A stretch of DNA of 64,000 bases from Vulcanimicrobiota bacterium (GCA_050250895.1 JBFWNU010000003.1:523302-587301), one strand, 5' to 3'. Positions 35,949 through 47,122 are shown, numbered from the stretch's first letter. Notes: a model not told the origin generated them from the sequence alone. Numbers and translations are program-made.

Positions 35949-37047
35949 AGAGAGCGAAATCGCGCCAGGGGTCGACCAGGGGAGCCTGGTTACCGGCCAT
36001 CCTCACGCGCACCAGATCGGCCTCGCGGTGCAGTCCGTGCCGCGAGAGCATCTCGAGAAAGAGCTTGCCCACCTCGCGTTCGAAGCTCGAGCTGAGCTTG
36101 CACAGTTCTCCCCAGGCTTCTTGAGCCTGAGTGTAGTCGCCCACCAGCGAAGCCGCCCAGGCGATGCCGTCGAGGGCCAGACAACGGCGGGAAGGATCCG
36201 AGGTCAGGAATTCGGCGGCGGCCATGGCGCGCAGAGCCGACTCGCCGTCACCCTCGCGAATCTTGGCCAGGCCCAGCTCCATGGCCTCGTCCCAACTGGT
36301 GGGCCCGGCCGGTCCGGCCCCGGTGTGACCCTCCATCTGCATGCCCAGGTCACGACTCCAGGCCGACCAGGGGTCGATGGGACCCCCGGATTGTAGCGAA
36401 AGCGCCGAGCGCTCCCAGCCGTGGCCGCGCAGTTGGCCGGCCAGGAACTCGAGGCTGGCCGAGTCCGGAGGAGTCTGGCGCCAAAGACCTTCGCACTCGC
36501 CAAAGGCCTCGGCCGCTCCGGCATAATCGCCGATCACGAAGCAGGCCATGGCGATGGCATTGAGGGCCAGCGCCCCGCGTCCACCTCCGTGCTTGGCCGC
36601 GCTCGAGAGCGAGAAGGCCGCCCGCTGGCCCTGACCGGCGGCCAACTCGTCAATGGCTTCTCGCATGGCCATTTGCCAGTCCGAGGCACCGTCGTCGGCG
36701 GCCGCCGTCTCGGTGGCCTCGAGGGCGGCCGTCTGTTGCCAATCATTGAAGGGATCGAGCAGTTCGCGGGCGGGGGCCAGACCGTTGCCGGTGAGCACCT
36801 GGTTGAACTCGGCCAGGGCGGCGGTTTGCTCTGGTTGGCTGGCCTGACCCCAAAGCTGACGGGCCTCGTCCCAATACTCCTGGGCGGACTGATAGTCTCC
36901 GTCCCGGGCCGAGACCATGGCCATCAGGTTCGAGACGACTGCCTTCTGCGAGTTCGAGTCGGCTTGACCGTGGGCGTGGGCCAGCCAGCGCTCAGCGTTT
37001 TGACCCGAGGACTGCAATCCCCAGTTGGCCGATTCGGTCCAACTCAT
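35947..37047 (-). CDS. Helical TPR-like protein with three ~120-aa internal repeats
   Basis: Each unit runs W...G/A....A...GDY..A.E.W/F.E...L...L...G...DP(F/W)..(W/F). Confidence 0.72.
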   Translation of the reverse strand: MSWTESANWGLQSSGQNAERWLAHAHGQADSNSQKAVVSNLMAMVSARDGDYQSAQEYWDEARQLWGQASQPEQTAALAEFNQVLTGNGLAPARELLDPFNDWQQTAALEATETAAADDGASDWQMAMREAIDELAAGQGQRAAFSLSSAAKHGGGRGALALNAIAMACFVIGDYAGAAEAFGECEGLWRQTPPDSASLEFLAGQLRGHGWERSALSLQSGGPIDPWSAWSRDLGMQMEGHTGAGPAGPTSWDEAMELGLAKIREGDGESALRAMAAAEFLTSDPSRRCLALDGIAWAASLVGDYTQAQEAWGELCKLSSSFEREVGKLFLEMLSRHGLHREADLVRVRMAGNQAPLVDPWRDFAL

Positions 37048-37646
37048 CTTTCGGGTTTAGACGGGTTCTCGCGCAGAACCTTCCGGGCGAAGGCTGCGGC
37101 GGCTGAGGCGGCGGCTTCTAGATGCGCGTCGAGGGTGTAGCCTGACTTCTTTCGGGGTGTTAATGAGTGGTCGCCGTCAGTCATGAATTGCACCTCGACG
37201 GCGGGAGAGAGCGTATAGCTCTCTATCTCGGCTCGAGTGCCAAAGGTGTCGCGCTCACCCTGGAGGATGAGCGTGGGCGTGGTCAGGGACTCGAGGTGGG
37301 CCGTGCGCAGCTTTTCGGGTCGGCCGGGTGGATGGAAAGGGTATCCGAAGACGATGACGCCAGCCACTCCCAGCTCGTCGGCCGCCATGGTGGCCATTCG
37401 GCCCCCCATCGACTTGCCTCCGATAAAGAGCGGTGGTGGGTGGGCGGCAACTTGCTCGGCAAAGGCCTGGCGCAGCACCGGCTCGCGGTCCGGGGGTTTG
37501 CGGCTGCGGCTGTCGATGGCCCTCTGCATGTAGGGAAAGTTGAAGCGGATCACATCAAAGCCGTGTCGTTCGAGCGCCTCGGCTGCCTGGACCATCCAGT
37601 CGGAGTCGGCCGAGGCGCCGGCCCCGTGAGCCATCAGATAAATCAC
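37044..37646 (-). CDS. Alpha/beta hydrolase (KANL3/Tex30-like)
   Basis: [40 protein letters not shown]. Confidence 0.9.
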   Translation of the reverse strand: MIYLMAHGAGASADSDWMVQAAEALERHGFDVIRFNFPYMQRAIDSRSRKPPDREPVLRQAFAEQVAAHPPPLFIGGKSMGGRMATMAADELGVAGVIVFGYPFHPPGRPEKLRTAHLESLTTPTLILQGERDTFGTRAEIESYTLSPAVEVQFMTDGDHSLTPRKKSGYTLDAHLEAAASAAAAFARKVLRENPSKPER

Positions 37647-40531
37647 GGCGTGCCGTTTTGCAAGAAGGCTCGGATCGCCTCTTTGAGGCGCACGGTTTCG
37701 GCTTCGAGCTGTTCAAAGGCCAGGTCCGAACCGTCCAGGCGTTCATCCCGCCCCATCTCTTCCAGGCGGCGGGCTACCCGTTCTACGTCGCGGGCGTCAA
37801 AGGCCGCCACCGTGCCTTTGAAGGTGTGGGCGGTGGTGGCCAGGGCCAGAGCCTGTCCCCCCTCGACCGCCTGGCGCACGCCAGCCAGCTGCTGGTCGGC
37901 GAGTTCGAGAAACATCTCCATCACCATCCTGAGGTTTTTGGGGTCACCGCCTACCCGGGCCAGGCTGGTCTGGGGGTCGAAGGCCTGCTCGGCGGAGCGC
38001 GGCGTGGTGATAGGGGACGCGACCGGCCGGCGGGTGCCCTGGGTCAACCGCTCGGCCGGCAGCAGTTCCACCAATGCTCGAAAGAGGGCTCCCTCGTCGA
38101 TGGGCTTGGACAGATAGCCGTCCATCCCGGCCTTCAGACAGCGTTCGCGGTCGCCTTTGAGCGCGTGGGCCGTCAGGGCGATGATCGGAGTGCGCACCAG
38201 ACCCTGCTCCTTCTCGAGAGCGCGGACCCGGGCGGTAGCCTCCAGGCCGTCGACCCGGGGCATCTGCACATCCATCAAGATCACGTCAAAACGCTGACCC
38301 CTCACCAGCGGAGGCACTTCGCTGCCGTCGTTGGCCAGCACTACGCGGTGGCCGCGACTCTCGAGCAGGATGGTGGCCAGCTTCTGGTTGACCGGATTGT
38401 CCTCGGCCAACAAGATCTCCAGGGGACAGATCTGGACCTCCTCTTCCTCGTTCTCCTGGGTCGAGGCGGTGACCGGGCCGGCGCCCATGGCGCAGCTCAG
38501 GGCGTTGAGCAGTTCCCAGGCGTGGACCGGCCGGGTCAACTGAAAGACTTCGCCCAGCTTTTTGCTGGCTCTGGCCTCGGGCTCGAGCCTGGCCGGATTG
38601 AGCAGCATCACGGTGGGCATTGCCTTGTGAGCCCGCACCTGGGCGGCAAGCTCGAAGCCGTCGCGGCTCGAATCGCATACCAGAAGGTCGAATTTTTCGA
38701 CTCCCTCGAGGGTCTGGCCGGGCTCGGGAGCCTCGGCTTCGAGCCCCCAATGGCGCAGGGTCTGTTCGAGGTTGCCACGGGCCGTGACATTGTGACACAA
38801 GACCAGAGCCCGCCGGCCCTGCAACTCTTCGGGCACGGCCGGAAGTTCTTGGGATTCAACCTCGAGGCGAGCCGTGAAGCGAAAAGTGCTGCCGTTGCCG
38901 GGCGTGCTCTCGGCCCAGACCTCACCGCCCATCAGAGCCACCAGCCGGGCGGTGATGGCCAGCCCGAGGCCCGTTCCTCCATACACCCGGGTAGTCGAGG
39001 AATCGGCCTGCTCGAAAGCTTTGAAGACGCTCTTGAGTTTGTCCTGAGGAATGCCGATCCCGGTGTCACGAACCGAGAACAGGAAGAGCGCCTGGTTCCC
39101 GTCTTGCTGTTTGACAGCCACCTGGACCGCGACTTCGCCTTCTTCGGTGAACTTGACGGCGTTGCCGACCAGGTTCAAAAGCACTTGTCGTATACGAACC
39201 GGGTCAGCCTTGACGTGGTCGGGCACGGCCGGGTCGAAACAGACCACCAGCTCTAGCCCTTTCTCGTGAAACTTGGGACTCAAGGACTTGAGGATGCCAT
39301 CCACCTCTTCCCGTAGCGAGATCGAGACCGGCGCAATGTCGAGCGCTCCGGCTTCGATCTTGGAAAAATCGAGAATGTCGTTGATGACTCCCAGTAGCGA
39401 TTCGGCTGAACTCGAGACTGCTCGCAGATATTCGCGCTGGACCGGAGTAAGGTCGGTGCGCAGGGCCAGGCGAGTCATGCCGAGGATGCCGTTCATGGGT
39501 GTCCGGATCTCGTGGCTCATGTTGGCCAGGAACTCGCTCTTGGCCCGGTTGGATTGGACGGCCGCCTCGCGAGCGGCAAAGAAGTGGGCCCCCAGCAGGG
39601 CCAGCAAGACCATCACCAGGCCCAGCAAGGCAGAATAGCGAGCCGTGAGCACGTCGCTGCGGGCCCAGAAAAACTCGTCAGGGCGCGTCACCAAAAGGGC
39701 CCAGCCTCCTGAATAGTCGGCCCAGGGTAGCGAGAAGAACTGGTCATAGACACGTCCCTCGGGAAGTTTGCCCTGACTCAGGAGTTCGGCGTCAGAGGTG
39801 CTGCCACTCTCGTGGTCGTGCACCACCGGCATCGAGAGCAAAGCGGTGCCGGTGACGGCGTTGACCATTGCGCACCAGTTGGGACCCATGCCGGTCCGCA
39901 GGTGGAACGCCCACAGGACCACGGTCACGTCGCCCAGCAGTTCGCCCTCTTCGGAATAGATCGGCATGGCATAGAGAATGCCGTCGGACTGCACCGGGCG
40001 GGCCCTGTCGTAGACTGGGAACAGGCTGCTGGTCAGGCCCTTGCGCTTGCGTAGCTCGCCGGGCGGATGGGGGGCTAACTGGGCGAAGCGCCCTGGCAAT
40101 TCGGCCAGGGCCTCGCGCTCGCCCTGGTGGATTCGGGATTCCGGCTGGTCGCGTCGGCTCAGGCGCGTTTGGCGGTCAAAGTTCAGCCAGATCTCAGATT
40201 GAGGTTGGTAACGGTTGACGTAGACGCTCAGCACCGGCAGGCGAGGGTGAAGCTCGAGCCAATCCTTAAGGCGGACCTCGAGGTCGGGCGGGGGAGCCCC
40301 GCCGGTCTCGAGAGCACGGGCCACCTCGGGATCGACGGCCACCGAAGCCAGACCCGATTGCAGCTGATGGAACTGAGCGCTGAGAGCCTCGCGACTGACC
40401 GAGGCCCGCAATTGGCATTCGTTGGCATAGTTGACCTTGGAGGCGTCGAGGTTGATCTTATAGACGACCAGGATACCGATCAGCAGGGCCAATCCCAATA
40501 GCTCGACCCAACGCAAGCGGCGGGTTCTCAT
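37643..40531 (-). CDS. Hybrid sensor histidine kinase (periplasmic sensor, HisKA, HATPase, degenerate REC, REC, Hpt)
   Basis: [45 protein letters not shown]...MDVQMP..DG, AHTFKG. Confidence 0.95.
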   Translation of the reverse strand: MRTRRLRWVELLGLALLIGILVVYKINLDASKVNYANECQLRASVSREALSAQFHQLQSGLASVAVDPEVARALETGGAPPPDLEVRLKDWLELHPRLPVLSVYVNRYQPQSEIWLNFDRQTRLSRRDQPESRIHQGEREALAELPGRFAQLAPHPPGELRKRKGLTSSLFPVYDRARPVQSDGILYAMPIYSEEGELLGDVTVVLWAFHLRTGMGPNWCAMVNAVTGTALLSMPVVHDHESGSTSDAELLSQGKLPEGRVYDQFFSLPWADYSGGWALLVTRPDEFFWARSDVLTARYSALLGLVMVLLALLGAHFFAAREAAVQSNRAKSEFLANMSHEIRTPMNGILGMTRLALRTDLTPVQREYLRAVSSSAESLLGVINDILDFSKIEAGALDIAPVSISLREEVDGILKSLSPKFHEKGLELVVCFDPAVPDHVKADPVRIRQVLLNLVGNAVKFTEEGEVAVQVAVKQQDGNQALFLFSVRDTGIGIPQDKLKSVFKAFEQADSSTTRVYGGTGLGLAITARLVALMGGEVWAESTPGNGSTFRFTARLEVESQELPAVPEELQGRRALVLCHNVTARGNLEQTLRHWGLEAEAPEPGQTLEGVEKFDLLVCDSSRDGFELAAQVRAHKAMPTVMLLNPARLEPEARASKKLGEVFQLTRPVHAWELLNALSCAMGAGPVTASTQENEEEEVQICPLEILLAEDNPVNQKLATILLESRGHRVVLANDGSEVPPLVRGQRFDVILMDVQMPRVDGLEATARVRALEKEQGLVRTPIIALTAHALKGDRERCLKAGMDGYLSKPIDEGALFRALVELLPAERLTQGTRRPVASPITTPRSAEQAFDPQTSLARVGGDPKNLRMVMEMFLELADQQLAGVRQAVEGGQALALATTAHTFKGTVAAFDARDVERVARRLEEMGRDERLDGSDLAFEQLEAETVRLKEAIRAFLQNGTP

Positions 40532-40589
40532 GGGTTCGTTTTCGCCTGGGCGAAGGAGGCGACCTTTCGGATGCGAAGGCCCGCAGGGG

Positions 40590-42986
40590 ATGTCGGGATT
40601 TCGCCATATCTTCCGCGGTTGGCTGGCAATTGGCCTCGGCCTGCTGCTTTTTTCCTCAGGCCAGGCCCAGGAGCGCCTGGGCGACTATCAGGTGGAGTTT
40701 TTGGATGCTTCCACTTTTCGCTTTGCCTACAAGGTTCCCCTGAAGGCCGGCGACTATCTGGACCCGGAGGGCCTGCGCAGTTTCGCTGGTAGCCAGGTCG
40801 AGCGCCGGCCCGGGGGGCTGGCGACCTCGGCCTGCCAGCTGCGACTCGAGGGCTCGGAGCTGATCGTCACCAGTCAAGGCAAAGTGGTTACCCGCTTGCG
40901 ACCGACCGAGGACGGCGTCTGGCTTTTGCCTGAGGGCCGGCCCTTCTTGTACGGATTGGGCGAGCAGTTTCCTTACGATCGTTTCGGCCAGTTCGACGGC
41001 GATTGGCGCGGTCGTTTGCGGTCCGGTGGTCCCTACGGCAACGAGATGCAGTCCTACTATGGAGGAGCTGTCGGCAACGCCCAGTTTCCCGTGCTCTACG
41101 CCGTCGACCCCGAGGCTGCCGATTGGATGCTGCTGCTCGATAACCCCTACGGGCAGCAGTGGGATTTTCGCCAGCGGCCCTGGCGTGTCCTCAGCCTGGG
41201 CGGGCCGTTGCAAGGCGTCCTGTCGGTAGACGAGCTGCCCGCCTTGCGGCGTCGCCTGATGCAGCTCACCGGTCGCCCTCCGGTGCCGCCCCGCAAAGCC
41301 TTTGGACTGTGGGTTTCGGAGTATGGCTTTGACGACTGGGCCGAGATTGAAGACAAGCTGGCCAGCCTGCGGGCCCACCAGTTTCCTGTCGATGGCTTCG
41401 TGCTCGACCTGCAGTGGTTTGGAGGCATCACCACCGATTCGGGCGATACGGCCATGGGCAAGCTTACCTTCGACCTGACCCATTTCCCCGACCCGGCCGC
41501 CACCATCGCCGACTTCGCCCGCCGTCACCTGGGAATCATCGCCATCGAAGAGGCTTATGTGGGCGAGAATCTAGCCGAGCATCGCGCCCTGGCCGAACGC
41601 GGCTATCTGGTGCGGGCGCCCGGTCTGACCGACCAGCCGCTCTTGATCAACAAGACCCCCTGGTGGGGGGTGGGCGGCATGATCGACTACACCTCGGCGG
41701 CGGCCGCCGGTTTCTGGCACGATTGGAAGCGCCAGCCCCTGGTCGAGATGGGGCTGACCGGCCATTGGACCGATCTGGGCGAGCCCGAGATGTATCTGCA
41801 TCAGCGCCCGGACGGTAGCACCGAGACCGGCCTCTACGCAGGCGACCAGCCCGAGGCCGCCGTGCACAATCTCTTTGCCCATCGCTGGGCTCGTAGCATC
41901 GCCGAGGGCTACCGTCGCCATCAGGTGACCCGGCGGCCCTTTATTCTGACCCGCACCGGCGGCCTGGGCATCCAGCGCTTCGGGGCCGCTCTGTGGTCGG
42001 GCGACATTCCGACCCATTTTGGCAGTCTCGCCTCGCACTTCAATGCGGCCATGCACCTGGGATTGTCGGGGATCGACTATTTCGGCTCGGACGTGGGTGG
42101 TTTTTACCGGCGCGCCTTCAAAGGCGATCAGGCCCAACTCGACGATCTCTACACCCAGTGGTTCGCGGCCGCCTGCGCCTTCGATGTGCCCATCCGGCCC
42201 CATACCGTCAATCTCGAGAACAATCGCGAAACCGCCCCTGACCGTATCGGGGATGTCGCGAGCAACCTCGAGAACCTGCGCGAGCGTTATCGTCTGCTGC
42301 CTTACTACTATTCGCTTGCTCACCAGGCCCGGCGCGTGGGGGACCCGGTCTTTGCCCCCGTCTTCTTCTATGACGCCGTTCCCGAGGGCCAACGCGAGCA
42401 GGTCTACACGATGGGCGACGAGCGCTTCATCGGGGCGGACATGTTGGTCAAGCTGGTGGCTTCGTCGGGGGCCAGAACGGCCAGCGTCTATCTGCCTCCG
42501 GGAGGCTGGTTCGACTATCACACCGACACCTATCATGCCAGCCAGGGCACCACCCTCGGTCGCTATCCTCTCTATCGCCAGGGGCGCTTCCAACTGCCCC
42601 GATTCGTGCGGGCTGGGGCCATCATTCCCACCGCCGATATCGAGGCTCCCGCGCACACCGACGAGGTGGCCCAGGCGCCTCTGCTGGTGAAGGTGTATCA
42701 GGGGCCTCCGGACAGCTCTCGCGAGTTCGTGGTCTCTCACGACGATGGGGTCACCCTCGACGGCCCCGTCCGCCAAACCACCTTCCGGGCCAGCTACGGT
42801 CAGAGGTCGGCCCGATTGCAGGTGACTTCCGCCGGCAGGGCCGTCAGGGTGGAATTCTTCCCCACGGGGTCGAACAGGTTGTCGGGTGTCACCATCGACG
42901 GAGTCTATCAGCCTGCCAGTCAGGGGCCACTGGTGATCCGCGAGGGCGACCACCGTATCGACTTCGAGTTGGAGCCGTCGCGATGA
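40590..42986 (+). CDS. Exported glycoside hydrolase family 31
   Basis: Signal peptide from ATG 40590; [22 protein letters not shown] (nucleophile), [22 protein letters not shown]. Confidence 0.92.
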   Translation: MSGFRHIFRGWLAIGLGLLLFSSGQAQERLGDYQVEFLDASTFRFAYKVPLKAGDYLDPEGLRSFAGSQVERRPGGLATSACQLRLEGSELIVTSQGKVVTRLRPTEDGVWLLPEGRPFLYGLGEQFPYDRFGQFDGDWRGRLRSGGPYGNEMQSYYGGAVGNAQFPVLYAVDPEAADWMLLLDNPYGQQWDFRQRPWRVLSLGGPLQGVLSVDELPALRRRLMQLTGRPPVPPRKAFGLWVSEYGFDDWAEIEDKLASLRAHQFPVDGFVLDLQWFGGITTDSGDTAMGKLTFDLTHFPDPAATIADFARRHLGIIAIEEAYVGENLAEHRALAERGYLVRAPGLTDQPLLINKTPWWGVGGMIDYTSAAAAGFWHDWKRQPLVEMGLTGHWTDLGEPEMYLHQRPDGSTETGLYAGDQPEAAVHNLFAHRWARSIAEGYRRHQVTRRPFILTRTGGLGIQRFGAALWSGDIPTHFGSLASHFNAAMHLGLSGIDYFGSDVGGFYRRAFKGDQAQLDDLYTQWFAAACAFDVPIRPHTVNLENNRETAPDRIGDVASNLENLRERYRLLPYYYSLAHQARRVGDPVFAPVFFYDAVPEGQREQVYTMGDERFIGADMLVKLVASSGARTASVYLPPGGWFDYHTDTYHASQGTTLGRYPLYRQGRFQLPRFVRAGAIIPTADIEAPAHTDEVAQAPLLVKVYQGPPDSSREFVVSHDDGVTLDGPVRQTTFRASYGQRSARLQVTSAGRAVRVEFFPTGSNRLSGVTIDGVYQPASQGPLVIREGDHRIDFELEPSR

Positions 42987-43381
42987 ATCGTCGGAGGGGA
43001 TCCTCCACCATCGAGTTTTTGCTGGCCGTGGCTATCGTGGCCCTCTATGGCCTGGGACTGCTCGGTGTGGCCGGTCGGGCGGCCATGGCCGAAGAAGACG
43101 GACGCTTGCTGTCGGTGGCCGAACAGATGGCCCGCACCCAGATCGAGAAAGCCGTCTGGGAGGCCAACCAGCCGGGCGGCTTTCAAGCGGTGGATAATGT
43201 CGGTTTCACGTATCTCGACTCGGGCAAGCGACTGATCTATTCTCGCCAGGTGACCGAGGTCGACAACCGTCTAAAGCAGATCAAAATTCGCGTCTTTCGC
43301 AGCCAGACTTCGTCCAGCCGGCCACTACCTCAGAATGAAGAACCGATCTTTCAGATCGCTACGCTGGTGGGTGGGCCTTGA
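42983..43381 (+). CDS. Prepilin-type protein (PilV-like; cluster 3)
   Basis: RRRG|SSTIEFLLAVAIV; AEQMARTQIE; ATGA overlap with GH31. Confidence 0.75.
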   Translation: MNRRRGSSTIEFLLAVAIVALYGLGLLGVAGRAAMAEEDGRLLSVAEQMARTQIEKAVWEANQPGGFQAVDNVGFTYLDSGKRLIYSRQVTEVDNRLKQIKIRVFRSQTSSSRPLPQNEEPIFQIATLVGGP

Positions 43382-43914
43382 GCAGGCGGGCTTATAGCCT
43401 GGCCCCGGCGGTCATCATCGGGCTGCTCTTGATGGTCGTCACCTACGTGGCCTTCAAAAGCTGGCGCAACCTTAGCCAGGAAGGCCGTGAGGTGGTACTG
43501 CATCGGCGTCAAAGCCAGGTACTGCTGGCTGACCTGGGCAACCAGCTGGTTGGCGGCTCGCATTGTTACTATGGCTACAAGGGCAAGTTCGGAGAGCGCG
43601 ACTACCAGGTGGGCGGGCTCGGGGCCAGGGGCTCCCAGGCGCTGGTGGCGGTACCCGAGCCAGACGGACAGTACACCATCATCGGGGTTCAAACCCAGGA
43701 CAACCAGGTGGTGGTGGCCCGCACTGAAGGGGTCGAGGCCCAGGACCCGGCCGCTATCGATCTCGCTGCCCTCAAAGCCAAGGAGAAGACCTATCAGACG
43801 GGCAGTATCGACCTGCAGGTGCGCAGTCTGGGCAGGGGCGAGGCCCTTCTACTCGAGATTCCCGACCCCCGGGAGACCCTCAAAGCTCTGATCTGGCTGA
43901 GGAACGTCCAGTGA
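43378..43914 (+). CDS. Degenerate pilin-like membrane-anchored protein
   Basis: RRA|YSLAPAVIIGLLLMVV; coupled between two pilin-like genes. Confidence 0.6.
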   Translation: MSRRAYSLAPAVIIGLLLMVVTYVAFKSWRNLSQEGREVVLHRRQSQVLLADLGNQLVGGSHCYYGYKGKFGERDYQVGGLGARGSQALVAVPEPDGQYTIIGVQTQDNQVVVARTEGVEAQDPAAIDLAALKAKEKTYQTGSIDLQVRSLGRGEALLLEIPDPRETLKALIWLRNVQ

Positions 43915-45566
43915 GACGACGACCCCGAGGCTTTCTTTTGATCCTGGTGATCGCACTCTTGCCGGGGATTCTCTTTCTGGCCTACGTCATCAATCGCTCG
44001 CTGGCCCAGGAGACGGTCACCGCCCAGCAAGAACTGGCCCGGACCCGCGCCTTCTACCTGGCCGAAGCGGGTCTGGAGGTGGGCTTTCGGGCCCTGGCGG
44101 CCGAGAACTTTCGGGCCGCAACGTTGGCCCCGGACGGCTACCACCTGGCCGATTCGGACCTGCGCGAACTGGCCTGGACAAACCGCGTCGAGAGCCGTTT
44201 CCCTCTCCGTTTCGACAAGCGGAGCGGATACTATTACTGGGTCTCGGACCCGGATTCTCCGCAGTCTTCCATGAACGGGTCGCAGGTGCCCGAGTCTTTT
44301 CGATTCGCCATCTTCTTCCCTGACGAAACCCACTATGTCATCCGCTCCGAGGGCACCTTCGCCCACCTGACGGCGGCCCAGGAGCTGCGAGGCAGTCTCG
44401 CCCCGGTGACCGATTTCGCCGTCTTTGATGCCGGCGATCTGAGTGATTTCGTACTCGACGCGGATCAGTCCATCAAAGGCCGCGTCCACGCCAACGGAGA
44501 CCTCTATCTCAGGCCGGGCCAGAAGAGCCTGACCATCGACGGCTCGCTTGCGGCCGGTGGCCGATTGGTGCGTTTTCGCGATGCCTGGCAGCGGCCCGAC
44601 GCGGGGGGAACGGTCAAGGTCGGCGGGCAGGTGATGGCCGGCAAGAGCCAGTCGGCCCCAGGCAAAGGCAAGGCCTTCGACTCGTTCCATCCAAAGTTCA
44701 CGGCCGAGGCAGAAAAGCGCTTCAAAGGAGCGGTCAGGGACGGGGTCGGGCGGTTGTATCCTCCCGACCCGTCGGCCTTCGGGCCGGGCGGCTTCTATGC
44801 TCGCCAGGCAGGGCTGACCATCGACCCCGAGGCCGAGACCAAGGGCGTCACTTCGGCCAGCTTCTACAACCCCGCCGAAGAGCACGAGGTCAAGTGTCGC
44901 GACCTGGACCTGACCGCTCTCGAGCTGCCCGAGAACGGCCTCATCTATAGCCCCGTTCCGGTGCGCCTGCGCGCAGGCCAAAAGCTGTCGGCCCCGCTGA
45001 CCGTGGTGGCGCCCACCATCTACACGCTGGGGTCCTTCAATCGAGACAAGCCGGTGCCGGCCGCCCTCATCGCCCGTGATCGGGTCTATCACCTGAGTTC
45101 CAAGTTCGCCGACCTCAAACAGGGCAGCAAGGCCCCGGCCCGGGCCAAAGAGGCCGGCAACGCCCTAGCCATCCACTCCCTGGTGGTCGACGGTGTGCCC
45201 ACCGTGGATGAACTTAAGTTCGTTGGCTCCTACAACGGCCAGGCTGCCCCCCCGGTCAAAGCTAACGTGCGGGCCAATTCGCAGGACTTTCTCGAGGACG
45301 TGAGCGGCCTCCAGGTGGTGCGGCGGGGCACGGTGGCCCACTTTCAGGGAGCCCGCATGGCCGACTTCAAGAATTCGGATCTCGACGAGGGTAAAGCGGC
45401 CTGGGTAATGCGCACCTTTGCCAACTATAGCAAACTAGACTACGGCTACGATGCCGCCTTCGCCGAAAACCCGCCGCCCTTCGTGCCCCGGCTGGCCAGC
45501 CGCGACCGCTGGTTTGACCTGGGCCTGCGCCAGACCGGCTACAACTACAAAGGCCGCAAGCGCTAG
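43911..45566 (+). CDS. Large PilX-like minor pilin
   Basis: RG|FLLILVIALL; RAFYLAEAGLE; IRSEG; GRVHANGDL; YGYD...PPP. Confidence 0.8.
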   Translation: MRRRPRGFLLILVIALLPGILFLAYVINRSLAQETVTAQQELARTRAFYLAEAGLEVGFRALAAENFRAATLAPDGYHLADSDLRELAWTNRVESRFPLRFDKRSGYYYWVSDPDSPQSSMNGSQVPESFRFAIFFPDETHYVIRSEGTFAHLTAAQELRGSLAPVTDFAVFDAGDLSDFVLDADQSIKGRVHANGDLYLRPGQKSLTIDGSLAAGGRLVRFRDAWQRPDAGGTVKVGGQVMAGKSQSAPGKGKAFDSFHPKFTAEAEKRFKGAVRDGVGRLYPPDPSAFGPGGFYARQAGLTIDPEAETKGVTSASFYNPAEEHEVKCRDLDLTALELPENGLIYSPVPVRLRAGQKLSAPLTVVAPTIYTLGSFNRDKPVPAALIARDRVYHLSSKFADLKQGSKAPARAKEAGNALAIHSLVVDGVPTVDELKFVGSYNGQAAPPVKANVRANSQDFLEDVSGLQVVRRGTVAHFQGARMADFKNSDLDEGKAAWVMRTFANYSKLDYGYDAAFAENPPPFVPRLASRDRWFDLGLRQTGYNYKGRKR

Positions 45567-47038
45567 ACCTCGACCACCACGCCCTGGCTCTCGACGCCCT
45601 GGCGGCTGGCGGCAGCGATGGCCCAACGGCCCGGACCCAGCTCCAAGCTAGAGTTTTCGCCCGGCTCGATGCGATCGAGTTTCCAACCGTCGCCGTCCTG
45701 GCGATAGACGGTCCAGGCCCGCAGGGCCTGCTGGTCGCGATTGCGCAGCTCGATTTTGCCCTGGCTCTGGCTCACCTCCGGGTGGGCCATCGTCTGGGCG
45801 CGCGCTTTCGCCATGACCGGGGTCAAAGCCGGCTCGGCGTAGAGCTCGTTGCGGAAGGTATCCGCAATGCCCTGGCGGTTCTCCATCAGGGGGGCGATGT
45901 TGTACCAGATGTTGCCCTGGCAGCCTGCCTCATGCTTGGCTCGAGAAAGGGCCACCTGCTGGCGAAACTCGTCGGGGGTCCAACGCCGGCCGCTGCCTAG
46001 CGCCGAAAGGTTGTTGCCGGCGAAGATGTAGCGCCCGCCGCTGGTGTGGTCGGCCCACCAATTGACCAGCGGCTCATAGGCCTGCGCTGTCTGGGTGGTT
46101 GGCCAGTAGAGTTGGGGAGCCAAATAGTCGACCCAGCCTTCATCCATCCAGTGCTGGGTGTCGGCATAGAGCTTCTCATACTGGTCAAAGCCCCGGATGC
46201 CTTCGGGCCGGTCGGGAGCCGGCAGCCCGAACGGAGAGATGCCGAAACGAACGTTGGGATTGACCTCGGTCACCGCCTGGTTGACTCTCTGGATGGCCTC
46301 GTTGACGTTCTGGCGACGCCAGTCAGCCCTGGATAGGGTGCCCCCACCCCGGCGATACTCGTTCCAGGTGCGGCTGTCGGGAAAGTCAACGTTGGTAGGG
46401 TACGGATAAAAATAGTCGTCAAAGTGGATGCCGTCGATGTTGTAGCGGCCGGCCAGGTCCTTGCAGACATCGACCAGGCGCTGCTTGACCACCTCGGCCC
46501 CGGGGTCCATCCATTTGTAGCTGTCGTAGCGGTGGACATGCTCGGGATGGTCGACGGCCAGATGCGGCGAGACCTGGCGACGGGCCGCCGCCTGAGCCCG
46601 ATAAGGGTTGAGCCAGGCATGCACCTCGAGGTTGCGCTGGTGGGCTTCTTCGACCAGGAAGGCGAGCGGATCGTAGCCCGGGTCCATGCCCTGGACCCCC
46701 GTCAACGAACTGCTCCACGGCTCGAGATCCGAGCGATAGAGTGCATCACCTTCGGGTCGGACCTGGAAGAAGATTGAATTGAAGCCCGAGTCTTTCAGGC
46801 GGTCGAGCATAGCCACCAATTCACGCTTTTGGGCGGCCGCGCCGCTGCCGGCGTGACCGGGAAAGTTGATGTTCCAGACGGTGGCCACCCAGGCTCCGCG
46901 CAACTCGCGAGTGTGGTTCACGTTGACCAATTGGGGCTGGCTCAACTCTACCCGGTCGGCAGGCTGGGCAGACCCGGCCTGGGGGCGCGGTCGATGCAGT
47001 GGCTTTGGCGTGCTAGGCAGAGCCGGACGGATCCTCAT
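45563..47038 (-). CDS. Glycoside hydrolase GHL10/DUF187 family (YddW/DigH-like)
   Basis: ELRGAWVATVWNINFP, FQVRPEGDALY, GYDPL, VHAWLNPYR, DGIHFDDYFY, FGISPFG, DYLAPQLYW. Confidence 0.92.
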   Translation of the reverse strand: MRIRPALPSTPKPLHRPRPQAGSAQPADRVELSQPQLVNVNHTRELRGAWVATVWNINFPGHAGSGAAAQKRELVAMLDRLKDSGFNSIFFQVRPEGDALYRSDLEPWSSSLTGVQGMDPGYDPLAFLVEEAHQRNLEVHAWLNPYRAQAAARRQVSPHLAVDHPEHVHRYDSYKWMDPGAEVVKQRLVDVCKDLAGRYNIDGIHFDDYFYPYPTNVDFPDSRTWNEYRRGGGTLSRADWRRQNVNEAIQRVNQAVTEVNPNVRFGISPFGLPAPDRPEGIRGFDQYEKLYADTQHWMDEGWVDYLAPQLYWPTTQTAQAYEPLVNWWADHTSGGRYIFAGNNLSALGSGRRWTPDEFRQQVALSRAKHEAGCQGNIWYNIAPLMENRQGIADTFRNELYAEPALTPVMAKARAQTMAHPEVSQSQGKIELRNRDQQALRAWTVYRQDGDGWKLDRIEPGENSSLELGPGRWAIAAASRQGVESQGVVVEV

Positions 47039-47122
47039 GGCTGAACTTTATCTCGGCGGAAATTCCATGGCTTTGCCGGGTTGTTAAAAGGTGAGTGGGG
47101 TGCGTCGGCGGAAAGCCTGCCG

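Noticed and set aside
37658-39256. Long antisense ORFs (also 6077-7273, 16123-17514, 18556-19812, 41571-42953, 43794-45092, 61507-62850)
   Set aside because: They mirror well-supported genes on the other strand, as is typical of high-GC codon bias, and show no motifs.
47045-47075. Sigma28 promoter (CAAAG...GCCGAGAT) before the GHL10 gene
   Set aside because: Spacing and -10 deviate from TAAA-N15-GCCGATAA; a leaderless TAAAGT-N6-ATG fits better.
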